Source: Candidatus Omnitrophota bacterium
GTDB lineage: Bacteria; Omnitrophota; Gorgyraeia; Gygaellales; Profunditerraquicolaceae
Assembly (NCBI GenBank): GCA_022710715.1
Contig: JAKLGJ010000002.1
Span: 437,453 to 501,452 of the forward strand
DNA length: 64,000 nt
Direction of reading: 5' to 3'
Positions within the stretch are counted from its first letter, which is position 1. Every line of letters starts with the position of its first letter. The position numbers and the translations under genes are program-made. A model generated the notes under the pieces. The model saw nothing but the letters and a program-made list of their open reading frames with translations. It was not told the origin of the DNA and searched no databases. Below, in pieces: positions 45,374 through 54,006 of this stretch.

Positions 45374-46188
45374 TGTTCAGGATACTTGATACGTATACCC
45401 TCGGTCCCAAGATGCATTATATGCTCATGGAGGCGCCGTTGATCGCCCGCAAGGCGCGGGCCGGCCAATTCGTGATTGTCCGGGTCAGGGAACAGGGAGA
45501 GCGCATTCCGTTGACTATTGCCGATTATGACCGCCAGCAGGGGACGGTGACCCTGGTGTTCCAGGAGGTCGGTAAGACCACCTGTATGCTGGGCGCTATG
45601 AAAAAAGGCGATGTGTTGCTGGATCTGCTGGGCCCGCAGGGCAATCCCACCGAGATCGAGAAATTCGGTCATGTCGCGGTTGTCGGCGGAGGGATCGGCG
45701 TTGCTCCGGTGTATCCGCTTGCCCGGGCGTTGAAAGAGGCCGGCAATAAGGTCACCGCGATCATCGGTTATCGTTCAAAAGAGCATGTTTTCTGGGAAGA
45801 TAAGATGAAGGCGGCCTCGGACAATCTGATCATCGCTACGAATGACGGTTCCTACGGCAGGAAGGGTTTTGTCACCGATATGCTCAAAGAGCTGATGGCC
45901 GGCGCCGAAGCGATCAACGTCGTTTTTGCCATCGGGCCCGCGGTGATGATGAAAGCCGTGTGCGATATGACCCGCCAGGCGAATCTCAAGACCATTGTCA
46001 GCCTCAACTCGCTGATGGTGTGCGGTATGGGTATGTGCGGCGCCTGTCGGGTAACGGTTGCCGGGAAGACTAAATTTACCTGCATGGACGGTCCTGATTT
46101 CGACGGCCATCAGGTCGATTTCCCGGAATTGATGAAACGGCTTGAAAGCTATAAGTGCGAAGAATGCGCTTGCCAGAGCGCAGGATAA
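45373..46188 (+). CDS. NfnA / SudB-like FAD and [2Fe-2S] oxidoreductase subunit (PyrK-like)
   Basis: About 270 aa. FNR-like FAD/NAD fold with a C-terminal Cys cluster (CGMGMCGACRV…C). The ATG overlaps the ackA stop (TGATG). Confidence 0.7.
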   Translation: MFRILDTYTLGPKMHYMLMEAPLIARKARAGQFVIVRVREQGERIPLTIADYDRQQGTVTLVFQEVGKTTCMLGAMKKGDVLLDLLGPQGNPTEIEKFGHVAVVGGGIGVAPVYPLARALKEAGNKVTAIIGYRSKEHVFWEDKMKAASDNLIIATNDGSYGRKGFVTDMLKELMAGAEAINVVFAIGPAVMMKAVCDMTRQANLKTIVSLNSLMVCGMGMCGACRVTVAGKTKFTCMDGPDFDGHQVDFPELMKRLESYKCEECACQSAG

Positions 46189-46259
46189 GTGCCCTCCCCC
46201 TAGTCGGTGGAATGTCCACAGAGTGAGTGGAACAGGGTGCAACCAGGTAAGGAGTTCCT

Positions 46260-47660
46260 ATGGCAGTCGAAAAAAAAGCAATCCCGATGCGCGAGCAATC
46301 GGCGCAGGAACGCATTAAGAATTTCAACGAAGTCCCCTTAGGCTATAACGAGAACGAAGCGCTGCAGGAAGCTGCGCGCTGCATGCAGTGTCCCAAGAAA
46401 CCCTGTGTCGAAGGGTGTCCCGTCCATATCGACATCCCCGCTTTTATCAAAGCGCTCAAAGAGAAAAATTTCCAGAAAGCCATAGATATCGTCCACGATT
46501 CGGATTCGCTGCCTTGCATTACCGGACGCGTCTGTCCGCAGGAAGAACAATGTCAGGCGGTCTGTGTGATGAAAAAGCTGGGAGAGCCGATCTCTATCGG
46601 CAGGCTGGAGCGGTTTCTTGCCGATCGGGATCTGGATCGCCGTATAAAGAACAATGCCGGTTCCAGGCCGTCGTCTGCCGCGAGAGGCCTTAAGGTCGCG
46701 GTGGTCGGTTCAGGTCCGGCCGGGCTGACCTGCGCCGCGGAGCTGGCGAAAAAAGGCTATGACGTCACCGTTTTCGAAGGGTACCACAAACTCGGGGGAG
46801 TGCTGGTATACGGTATCCCGGAATTCCGCCTGCCCAAGGCGATTGTCGCCGCAGAGATCGATCTCCTGCAGGAACTGGGAGTCCGTTTCGTTACCAACGC
46901 TCTGATCGGCCGGGCGCTGACCATTGAAGACTTATTCAAAGAGGGCTTTAAGGCGATCTTTGTCGGGTCCGGCGCGGGACTGCCGAATTTCATGGGGATC
47001 CCCGGTGAAAATCTTATCGGGGTGTATTCCGCCAATGAATTTCTCACTCGCGTCAATCTGATGAAAGCGTATACGTTCCCGGAGGTTGATACTCCGGTGA
47101 AACGCGGCAAATTTGTCGCGGTGGTCGGCGGCGGCAATGTCGCCATGGATTCGGCGCGTACCGCTCTGCGTCTGGGCGCGGAAAAAGTTTATTTGATCTA
47201 CCGGCGCTCGGAGAAAGAGATGCCCGCGCGGGAAGAAGAGATTATCCGTGCGCGGGAGGAAGGCATTGATTTCCGGCTGCTTACCAATCCTTTGAGGTAC
47301 ATCGGAGACGAGAAAGGGTTTATCAAACAGGTGGAATGCATCAAAATGGAATTAGGCGAGCCTGATGCGTCCGGCAGACGCAGCCCGGTACCTCTTAAAG
47401 GTTCGGAATTCATCCTGGATATAGACGAAGCCATTGTCGCCATCGGTAATACTCCCAATCCGATCATTGCCCGCACCACTGCAGGATTGAAGATCAAACG
47501 AAAAGGCGAGATCGAAGCCGACGATGACGGTAAGACGTCGCTTCCCGGCGTATTCGCCGGAGGAGATGCGGTTACCGGAGCAGCCACGGTTATTACCGCC
47601 ATGGGAGCCGGCCGTAAGGCCGCGGCGGCCATAGATGCGTATGTGAAGCAAAAGGCGTAA
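46260..47660 (+). CDS. NfnB / SudA / GltD-like NADPH-dependent oxidoreductase (glutamate synthase small-chain family)
   Basis: 466 aa. N-terminal Fe-S region CMQCPKKPCVEGCPVHIDIP, VAVVGSGPAGLTCAAEL FAD site, and a second GGGNVAMD NADPH site. Confidence 0.75.
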   Translation: MAVEKKAIPMREQSAQERIKNFNEVPLGYNENEALQEAARCMQCPKKPCVEGCPVHIDIPAFIKALKEKNFQKAIDIVHDSDSLPCITGRVCPQEEQCQAVCVMKKLGEPISIGRLERFLADRDLDRRIKNNAGSRPSSAARGLKVAVVGSGPAGLTCAAELAKKGYDVTVFEGYHKLGGVLVYGIPEFRLPKAIVAAEIDLLQELGVRFVTNALIGRALTIEDLFKEGFKAIFVGSGAGLPNFMGIPGENLIGVYSANEFLTRVNLMKAYTFPEVDTPVKRGKFVAVVGGGNVAMDSARTALRLGAEKVYLIYRRSEKEMPAREEEIIRAREEGIDFRLLTNPLRYIGDEKGFIKQVECIKMELGEPDASGRRSPVPLKGSEFILDIDEAIVAIGNTPNPIIARTTAGLKIKRKGEIEADDDGKTSLPGVFAGGDAVTGAATVITAMGAGRKAAAAIDAYVKQKA

Positions 47661-47788
47661 GACAACTTTGCGTTACGACATCACCCCTTGCACTTATTGT
47701 GTTCGCGCGGCGAGCTGTGCTAAGCGCGCCGATGACTATAGAGAATTTCGCACAAGATAAGCCATTCTTTCCAACACAGGGGGATGTA

Positions 47789-48319
47789 ATGAAGAACCGC
47801 TTGCAGCAAGAGGGGGTCAGTCGGAACGCCATCGACGCAATTATTGAGAACTATCGCGGCAACGCCGGCAGCCTGTTGAGTATCCTCGAAGAAGTCCAGA
47901 ATCTCCATCCCAACAAATATCTTCCCGCCGCGACGCTGGAATATATCGCCGGCGCTGCCGGTGTTCCTCTTTCGCGCGTTTACAGCGTAGTAACCTTTTA
48001 TGCCTTCTTTAATCTTAAGCCGCAAGGCGATCATTCCATTATCGTCTGTCGCGGCACTGCCTGCCACACCCGCCGTTCGAAAAATCTCCTGGAGTATCTC
48101 AAAAGCATACTGAATCTTAAAGAGGACGAATCCAAAGAAGGCGAGAAGATGTTCCTTACCACCGCCGACAACAAATTCACTTTGAAGACCGTTGCCTGTT
48201 TCGGTCAGTGCGCCCTGGCTCCGGTAGTCGAGGTCGACGGGGTCATTCACAGCCATATGACCGAAAATAAATTGAAAGAGATCATTGAGAAGGTTAGCCG
48301 CGGAGGGAAGAAGAAATGA
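47789..48319 (+). CDS. NuoE-like [2Fe-2S] thioredoxin-fold subunit (HydC/HndA type) of an NAD(P)-linked [FeFe]-hydrogenase
   Basis: About 176 aa. CRGTACH…C…C pattern of the NuoE family. RBS ACAGGGGGA. Confidence 0.75.
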   Translation: MKNRLQQEGVSRNAIDAIIENYRGNAGSLLSILEEVQNLHPNKYLPAATLEYIAGAAGVPLSRVYSVVTFYAFFNLKPQGDHSIIVCRGTACHTRRSKNLLEYLKSILNLKEDESKEGEKMFLTTADNKFTLKTVACFGQCALAPVVEVDGVIHSHMTENKLKEIIEKVSRGGKKK

Positions 48320-51300
48320 AGATCACCAGCTTTGAGACGTTGCAGGCATTAAAAGATAAAGGTATGAAAAAATATCTTCCCGACAGGATCCGTATCGCGG
48401 TAGGCATGGATACCTGCGGCATCGGCAACGACGCGGATCAGGTTTACGCCGCGTTCGAGCAGGCGCTCAAGAGAAATAAGCTCAAAGCGTATCTTGCCAA
48501 AACCGGCTGTTTCGGTTTTTGCGCCGAGGAACCGCTGGTGAATATCCTTATTCCCGGTCAACCGCTGCTTATCCTGCATAAGGTCGCGGTCAAAGACGTC
48601 GGCGCGATCGTTGCCGGCCTGGTCAAAGGTCGCGTTCCGGAAAAGAAAGCTCTGTGTAAGATCGAAGAGTGGGACCATCTCACCGCCAGGGTCTCTTTTG
48701 TCAAAGGCTATCCCGGGATTCCGCTCTGGGACGAAGTGCCGTTCTTTAAATGGCAGAAAAAGATCGTTTTGCGCAACAGCGGCCTGATCAATCCCGAAGA
48801 TATCGAAGAATATTTCGCGGTGGGCGGCTACAGCGCGCTCTTCAAGGTGTTGCACGAGATGTCTCCGGATGCCGTGGTCGATACGGTCAAGAAAGCGAAA
48901 CTGCGCGGCAGAGGCGGCGCCGGATTTCCTACGGGCAGAAAATGGGAATTGATGAAGCAGATCCAGGCGGATAAGAAATATATTATCTGTAATGCCGACG
49001 AAGGCGATCCCGGCGCGTATATGAACCGCAATGAAATAGAATCCGATCCGCACATGCTGCTGGAAGGCATGCTTATCGGCGCGTACGCCATGGGCGCTTC
49101 CGAAGGAGTGGTGTATATCCGGGCGGAATATCCTCTGGCTGTGAAGCGGTTGAAAGCGGCCATCAAAGAAGCGCAGGCGCATGGTTTGCTGGGTAAGAAC
49201 ATCATGGGGTCGCAGTTCAATTTCGATCTGCAGATAGTTGAAGGCGCAGGCGCTTTTGTCTGCGGCGAAGAAACCGCCCTGATCGCTTCCATCGAAGGCA
49301 AGCCCGGCCGTCCCCGGCCTCGCCCGCCGTTCCCGGCGCAGAAAGGGCTCTGGGGTAAACCGACGACGATCAACAACGTGGAAACCTGGTGCAATGTTCC
49401 GGTGATCATCGCTAAAGGCGGCGAATGGTTCACCCATACCGGTACCGAGAACAGTCCGGGCACCAAAGTGTTTTCCCTGGTAGGCAAGATCAAGAATACC
49501 GGTCTGGTGGAACTGCCGCTGGGATCCCCGGTGCAGACCATCGTCTATAATATCGGCGGAGGAACCGGTACCCGCAAGCGGGTTAAAGCGGTGCAGACCG
49601 GCGGTCCTTCCGGCGGATGTATTCCCATCAATCTCTTTAATACGCCCGTGGATTACGAATCGCTCAACGCCCTGGGCGCGATCATGGGCTCGGGCGGTAT
49701 GGTGGTCATGGATGACGATAACTGCATGGTGGACGTGGCGCGGTATTTTACCGAATTTACCACGTCTGAATCCTGCGGCAAGTGCACGCCGTGTCGCGAA
49801 GGGTTGTTCCAGAGTTTAAAGATCCTGCAGCGTATCAGCGCCGGCAGCGCGTGCGTGGAGGATATTCCGAAGCTTAAAGCGCTGGGCGATGTGATCAAGG
49901 ATACCGCGCTGTGCGGCCTCGGTCAGACCGGACCCAATCCGGTGTTGACTACGCTGAAGTATTTTAAGAAAGAATACGACGAGCATATCGAAGGAAAAAA
50001 ATGCCGGGCCGGGGTATGTCTCAATCTGTTCATCTCTCCGTGCGAGAACAGCTGTCCGTTGCATATGAATATTCCCGGTTTCCTGACGTTGCTCAAGGAA
50101 AACAAGCTGATGGAGGCGTTCGAATCGATCCTGCGGGACAATCCGTTCCCGGCTTCCAGCGGCAGGATCTGTCATTTTCACTGCAAAATGCGTTGCCGCA
50201 GAGAGGATATCGACGAGCCGGTTTCTCAAGGCGAGGTCCACCGATTCATTGCCGACGCCGTTTATAAAGCCGGGAAAGAAGACGCGGTGCTGAATAAGCT
50301 GATCAAAGAAAGATTACCCAAAACGCATAAGCGGATTGCGATTGTGGGCGCCGGCCCTGCGGGATTGACTGCGGCATTTTATCTGGCCAGACTGGGGCAC
50401 GAAGTAACCATCTATGAAGCGAATAAGGAAGCAGGGGGTATACTCCGTTATGGAATTCCCGAATACCGTCTGCCTAAAGCCGTGCTGGCGCATGAAGTGG
50501 CTTTCGTGCATAAAATGGGTGTTAAGTTCGTTTTTAACAGGCAGATCGCCACCGAAGATCTCAAGAAGCTGGAGCGTGATTTTGATGCTGTTTTTCTGGC
50601 TACGGGCGCGTACAGGAACATGTCCCTGGGCATCCCGGGAGAGCATCTTGACGGGGTCATTTCGGGAACGCGTTACCTGGAAGAAGGATTGAACGGCAGG
50701 AAGCCGCGCGTGGGCAAGACGGTTTTGATCATCGGCGCAGGCAATGTCGCGGTCGATGCCGCACGCACCGCTTTCCGCGCCGGAGCCAACGTTACGATTG
50801 TCTATCGCCGGGATAAAGCGGACATGCCGGCGAATAAAGAGGAGATTCTCGAGGCGGAGAAAGAAGGGATCAAGTTTATTTTCTTTGCCGCTCCCAAGCA
50901 GGTGCTCGACGACGGAAACGGTAAAGTCAGGGCGTTGGAAGTCGTGAAAATGCTCCCCGGCGATTTCGATGTCTCCGGCCGCAAAAAGCCCATCTCCACC
51001 AATGAGACCTACGAGATCCCCTGCGATACGATCATGCTGGCTATCGGCGAGCGGGTGGACTCGGATTTTCTCAAAGAGTTCGGCATCGTGCTGAATCAGG
51101 ACGGCACTGTTCAGATCAACCATTTCTCCCTGCGTACGAATTTCCCCAGGGTCTATGCCGGCGGAGATCTGGTTACCGGCCCGTCCACCGCGGTTGAAGC
51201 TTCCGCGTTCGGTAAAGACGTCGCCCGGGTCATTGACAGGACGTTGATGGCTGACGAGAAGCGATTTGAGACGCTCTTCCGGCGGTTCGATTACGAGAAC

Positions 51301-51483
51301 AAAGTGCCGCTTAAGCCTTCTTCGGCGAAAAAGCAGACCGGGAAACGTCTGACGGTGCCGCAGCGTAAAGGCAATTTCAAGGAAGTGTCGATGGGGTTAA
51401 GCAGGCTGCAGGCAGACCTGGAAACGTTGCGTTGCCTTCGGTGCGATGTCAAGGATACCAATGAAAGCGCGTCGGTAAAATAG
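48316..51483 (+). CDS. fusion protein: thioredoxin-like [2Fe-2S] N-terminal domain, NuoF-like FMN/NADH/[4Fe-4S] module (HydB type), and a C-terminal GltD-like FAD/NADPH oxidoreductase domain
   Basis: 1055 aa. GRGGAGFPTGRKW and NADEGDPGAY (NuoF FMN and NADH sites), ESCGKCTPCREG, then GltD-like CLNLFISPCENSCPLHMNIP, RIAIVGAGPAGLTAA and LIIGAGNVAVD. The ATG overlaps the upstream stop (ATGA). Confidence 0.75.
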   Translation: MKITSFETLQALKDKGMKKYLPDRIRIAVGMDTCGIGNDADQVYAAFEQALKRNKLKAYLAKTGCFGFCAEEPLVNILIPGQPLLILHKVAVKDVGAIVAGLVKGRVPEKKALCKIEEWDHLTARVSFVKGYPGIPLWDEVPFFKWQKKIVLRNSGLINPEDIEEYFAVGGYSALFKVLHEMSPDAVVDTVKKAKLRGRGGAGFPTGRKWELMKQIQADKKYIICNADEGDPGAYMNRNEIESDPHMLLEGMLIGAYAMGASEGVVYIRAEYPLAVKRLKAAIKEAQAHGLLGKNIMGSQFNFDLQIVEGAGAFVCGEETALIASIEGKPGRPRPRPPFPAQKGLWGKPTTINNVETWCNVPVIIAKGGEWFTHTGTENSPGTKVFSLVGKIKNTGLVELPLGSPVQTIVYNIGGGTGTRKRVKAVQTGGPSGGCIPINLFNTPVDYESLNALGAIMGSGGMVVMDDDNCMVDVARYFTEFTTSESCGKCTPCREGLFQSLKILQRISAGSACVEDIPKLKALGDVIKDTALCGLGQTGPNPVLTTLKYFKKEYDEHIEGKKCRAGVCLNLFISPCENSCPLHMNIPGFLTLLKENKLMEAFESILRDNPFPASSGRICHFHCKMRCRREDIDEPVSQGEVHRFIADAVYKAGKEDAVLNKLIKERLPKTHKRIAIVGAGPAGLTAAFYLARLGHEVTIYEANKEAGGILRYGIPEYRLPKAVLAHEVAFVHKMGVKFVFNRQIATEDLKKLERDFDAVFLATGAYRNMSLGIPGEHLDGVISGTRYLEEGLNGRKPRVGKTVLIIGAGNVAVDAARTAFRAGANVTIVYRRDKADMPANKEEILEAEKEGIKFIFFAAPKQVLDDGNGKVRALEVVKMLPGDFDVSGRKKPISTNETYEIPCDTIMLAIGERVDSDFLKEFGIVLNQDGTVQINHFSLRTNFPRVYAGGDLVTGPSTAVEASAFGKDVARVIDRTLMADEKRFETLFRRFDYENKVPLKPSSAKKQTGKRLTVPQRKGNFKEVSMGLSRLQADLETLRCLRCDVKDTNESASVK

Positions 51484-51500
51484 AAAACAGGAGCATACCT

Positions 51501-53267
51501 ATGGCTGAAAAGAAAGTGACGATCAAAATTGACGGGCGCCAGTATCAGGTCGACGCCGGAATCAGTATTCTGAAAGCCTGCCGGCAGGTGGGGATCGATA
51601 TCCCGACTATCTGTTATCTGGATGGAGTCAGCGAGGAAGCCGCCTGTTCCATTTGCGTGGTGGAAGTCAAGAACGCCAAAACGCTGATGCGCTCGTGCGT
51701 GACTTCGGTCAGCGAGGGCATGGAGATAGCGACTGCCACTGATCGGGTCAGGAAGGCCCGGCGGCTCAACCTTGAGCTGCTGCTCGCCGGACATCCCAAA
51801 GATTGTTTTGTCTGCGACCGCAACCAGACTTGCGAATTGCGCAGGATCGCCTACGAGATGGGCATCCGCGATGTGCGTTTCCCCAAGGCCACGAAATTCG
51901 ATATGGAGCTCGATCAGACTTCGCCCTCCCTGATCCGCGATCCCAACAAGTGCATTCTTTGCCGCAGGTGTATCTCTGTCTGCGCAAACGTGCAGACCGT
52001 GCATGCGATAGACGCCACCCAGCGGGGCAAATTGACCAGGATCTCCACCTTTATGGATAAAGGCCTGGGTAACGTGGAATGCGTAAATTGCGGGCAGTGC
52101 CTGATGGTCTGTCCCACCGGGGCGATCATCGAGAATAACGCGATCTCCGGAGTCTGGCAGGCGTTGGCGGATTCCCGGAAATACGTGGTGGTGGAAACCG
52201 CTCCGGCGGTGCGCGCGGCTATCGGTGAAGAATTCGGTATGCCTGCGGGCAGCCTGGTTACGGGCAAGATGGCGGCGGCGTTGCGCCGGCTGGGTTTCGA
52301 CAAAGTGTTCGATACGCAGTTCTCCGCGGATCTGACCATCATGGAAGAAGGGTTTGAGCTGATCGACCGGATCAAGAGCAAAGGCGCGTTACCGTTGATC
52401 ACTTCCTGTTCTCCGGGCTGGATCAAATTCGCCGAGCATTTTTATCCCAAGGTGCTGGAGCATATTTCCAGCTGCAAGTCGCCGCAACAGATGTTCGGCG
52501 CTGTGGCCAAGACCTACTATGCGGAGAAACTCGGGATCGATCCGCGGAATATGACGGTGGTTTCGATCATGCCCTGCACAGCCAAGAAATTCGAAGCCGT
52601 CCGGTCGGAGATGGACAGCGCGTTCGACTATTGGAAACAGAAAATGCACCTGAAGGATGAGGAGCGTTTTCCCGACGTCGATTTTGTCCTGACTACCCGC
52701 GAGGCGGCCCGGATGATCAAAGAGACGGGGATCAATTTTGTCAGTCTGGCGGATGAGCGGTTTGACGAGCCGCTGGGGGTTTCCACCGGCGCAGCGGTCA
52801 TATTCGGCGCGACCGGCGGGGTGATGGAAGCGGCGCTGCGCACTGCCTACGAAGTGCTTACCGGCAAGACGCTGGAGAAAATAGATTTCGAAACGGTGCG
52901 CGGGTTGAAAGGGATCAAGACCGCCGAGATCGATATTGACGGAAAAAAACTGAAAGTCGCTGTGGCCAGTTCCCTGGGCAATGCCCGGGTTTTGCTGGAT
53001 GAAGTCCAGAAGGGCGTCTCACCCTATGCGTTTATCGAGATCATGACCTGTCCCGGCGGTTGCCTGGGCGGGGGCGGCCAGCCTATTCCGACTACCGACG
53101 AAATCCGTCAGAAACGCATGGACGCGATTTATCAGGAAGACCGGAATATGCCGCTGCGCAAATCGCACGAGAATCCCGCGGTAACGGCGCTGTATAAGGA
53201 ATTCATGGAAAAGCCGTTGAGCGAAAAATCGCACCATCTGTTGCATACCCACTATGCGCCGCGTTAA
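51501..53267 (+). CDS. hydA: [FeFe]-hydrogenase catalytic subunit HydA (N-terminal 2Fe-2S/4Fe-4S ferredoxin domains plus H-cluster domain), with an atypical L1 motif
   Basis: 588 aa. H-cluster motifs L2 MPCTAKKFE and L3 EIMTCPGGCLGGGGQP are canonical. L1 reads TSCSPGW instead of TSCCPxW. Confidence 0.85.
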   Translation: MAEKKVTIKIDGRQYQVDAGISILKACRQVGIDIPTICYLDGVSEEAACSICVVEVKNAKTLMRSCVTSVSEGMEIATATDRVRKARRLNLELLLAGHPKDCFVCDRNQTCELRRIAYEMGIRDVRFPKATKFDMELDQTSPSLIRDPNKCILCRRCISVCANVQTVHAIDATQRGKLTRISTFMDKGLGNVECVNCGQCLMVCPTGAIIENNAISGVWQALADSRKYVVVETAPAVRAAIGEEFGMPAGSLVTGKMAAALRRLGFDKVFDTQFSADLTIMEEGFELIDRIKSKGALPLITSCSPGWIKFAEHFYPKVLEHISSCKSPQQMFGAVAKTYYAEKLGIDPRNMTVVSIMPCTAKKFEAVRSEMDSAFDYWKQKMHLKDEERFPDVDFVLTTREAARMIKETGINFVSLADERFDEPLGVSTGAAVIFGATGGVMEAALRTAYEVLTGKTLEKIDFETVRGLKGIKTAEIDIDGKKLKVAVASSLGNARVLLDEVQKGVSPYAFIEIMTCPGGCLGGGGQPIPTTDEIRQKRMDAIYQEDRNMPLRKSHENPAVTALYKEFMEKPLSEKSHHLLHTHYAPR

Positions 53268-53270
53268 TAA

Positions 53271-53400
53271 CGCAGACGCTTTCCCCATCTGCTACTCTTG
53301 CATATGGTTGCAAAGATATTATTCTGGCCTCAAAATAACCCCCCTGAATAATATCTTTGTAACTCCATGGTAGATATCAGGATGGGGAAAGCGTCTGCAG
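53271..53400. repeat. imperfect palindromic element of about 130 bp with 18-bp perfect terminal inverted repeats GCAGACGCTTTCCCCATC
   Basis: CGCAGACGCTTTCCCCATC at 53271..53289 and its reverse complement at 53381..53400. Inner IR CAAAGATATTATTC / GAATAATATCTTTG. A third copy of the 16-mer occurs at 55179. Confidence 0.55.
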
Positions 53401-53416
53401 GTATAAATTGCACAAC

Positions 53417-53444
53417 TTGAAATTGTAGTCTTTTATGCTATACT
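53417..53444 (+). promoter_or_regulatory. candidate sigma-70 promoter (TTGAAA-16-TATACT) driving a structured leader of about 260 nt
   Basis: TTGAAAttgtagtcttttatgcTATACT. The downstream transcript runs to the terminator at 53687..53713. Confidence 0.4.
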
Positions 53445-53450
53445 TATTGA

Positions 53451-53713
53451 GGATGTAAGCTCATATTCTGCTGATAAAGGCAAACCCCGAGTAATCGGGG
53501 GACGTCCCGCAGAAAGATCGGTGCGATCGATCGGCGGGACTCCAGGTGAACGCGTAAGCGATGCCTGGGGCAAAGCGACAGGCCTTATCTGCACGATGCA
53601 CCCGGCGCAATTTGAATATGCGCCGGTGTTCTGCCTGTGCAGAAGGTGGCTGCGTTACCCAAGGGAATATTTTTTTGTTTTATATGCCCCAAGGTTAACG
53701 CTTGGGGTTTTTT
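53451..53713 (+). ncRNA. candidate structured 5' leader / riboswitch-like element (partial resemblance to the c-di-GMP-I GEMM aptamer) ending in an intrinsic terminator
   Basis: GGCAAACC (53479..53486), followed by GNRA hairpin CCCCGA-GUAA-UCGGGG, then GGGACG…CAGAAAG…, a second GUAA-capped hairpin, and the terminator CCCCAAG-gttaacg-CTTGGGG-T6 (53687..53713) directly before the RBS of the next gene. Confidence 0.3.
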
Positions 53714-53741
53714 GTTGAGAGCAGCTTCAGAGGAGGGACAG

Positions 53742-53993
53742 ATGAAAGAAACCGTCACCAATGAGCGTAACCAGAGAGTAGTCACGTTCTTGAACCGCGA
53801 AGAAGTCGACTTCCTGGACAAGCTGGGCAAAGACGCTTTGTTTACCGCCGGCGCCAAGCTCTCCCGGGCAAAGCTGATCGCCTGGTTGGTGGATATGCTT
53901 AAAGGGCTTAATATCAGCGGCGAAAATCTCAAGTCCGAAGAAGATCTTGAGCGCAGAGTCGTAGCGGCGTTGCAGCATCTCGAAGGAAAATGA
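53742..53993 (+). CDS. small hypothetical protein (83 aa), possibly a ribbon-helix-helix-like regulator
   Basis: Strong RBS AGAGGAGGG 7 nt before the ATG. No TM. The ORF tool's longer N-terminus spans the terminator and is rejected. Confidence 0.45.
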   Translation: MKETVTNERNQRVVTFLNREEVDFLDKLGKDALFTAGAKLSRAKLIAWLVDMLKGLNISGENLKSEEDLERRVVAALQHLEGK

Positions 53994-54006
53994 GCCGGAG
54001 CGGAAG

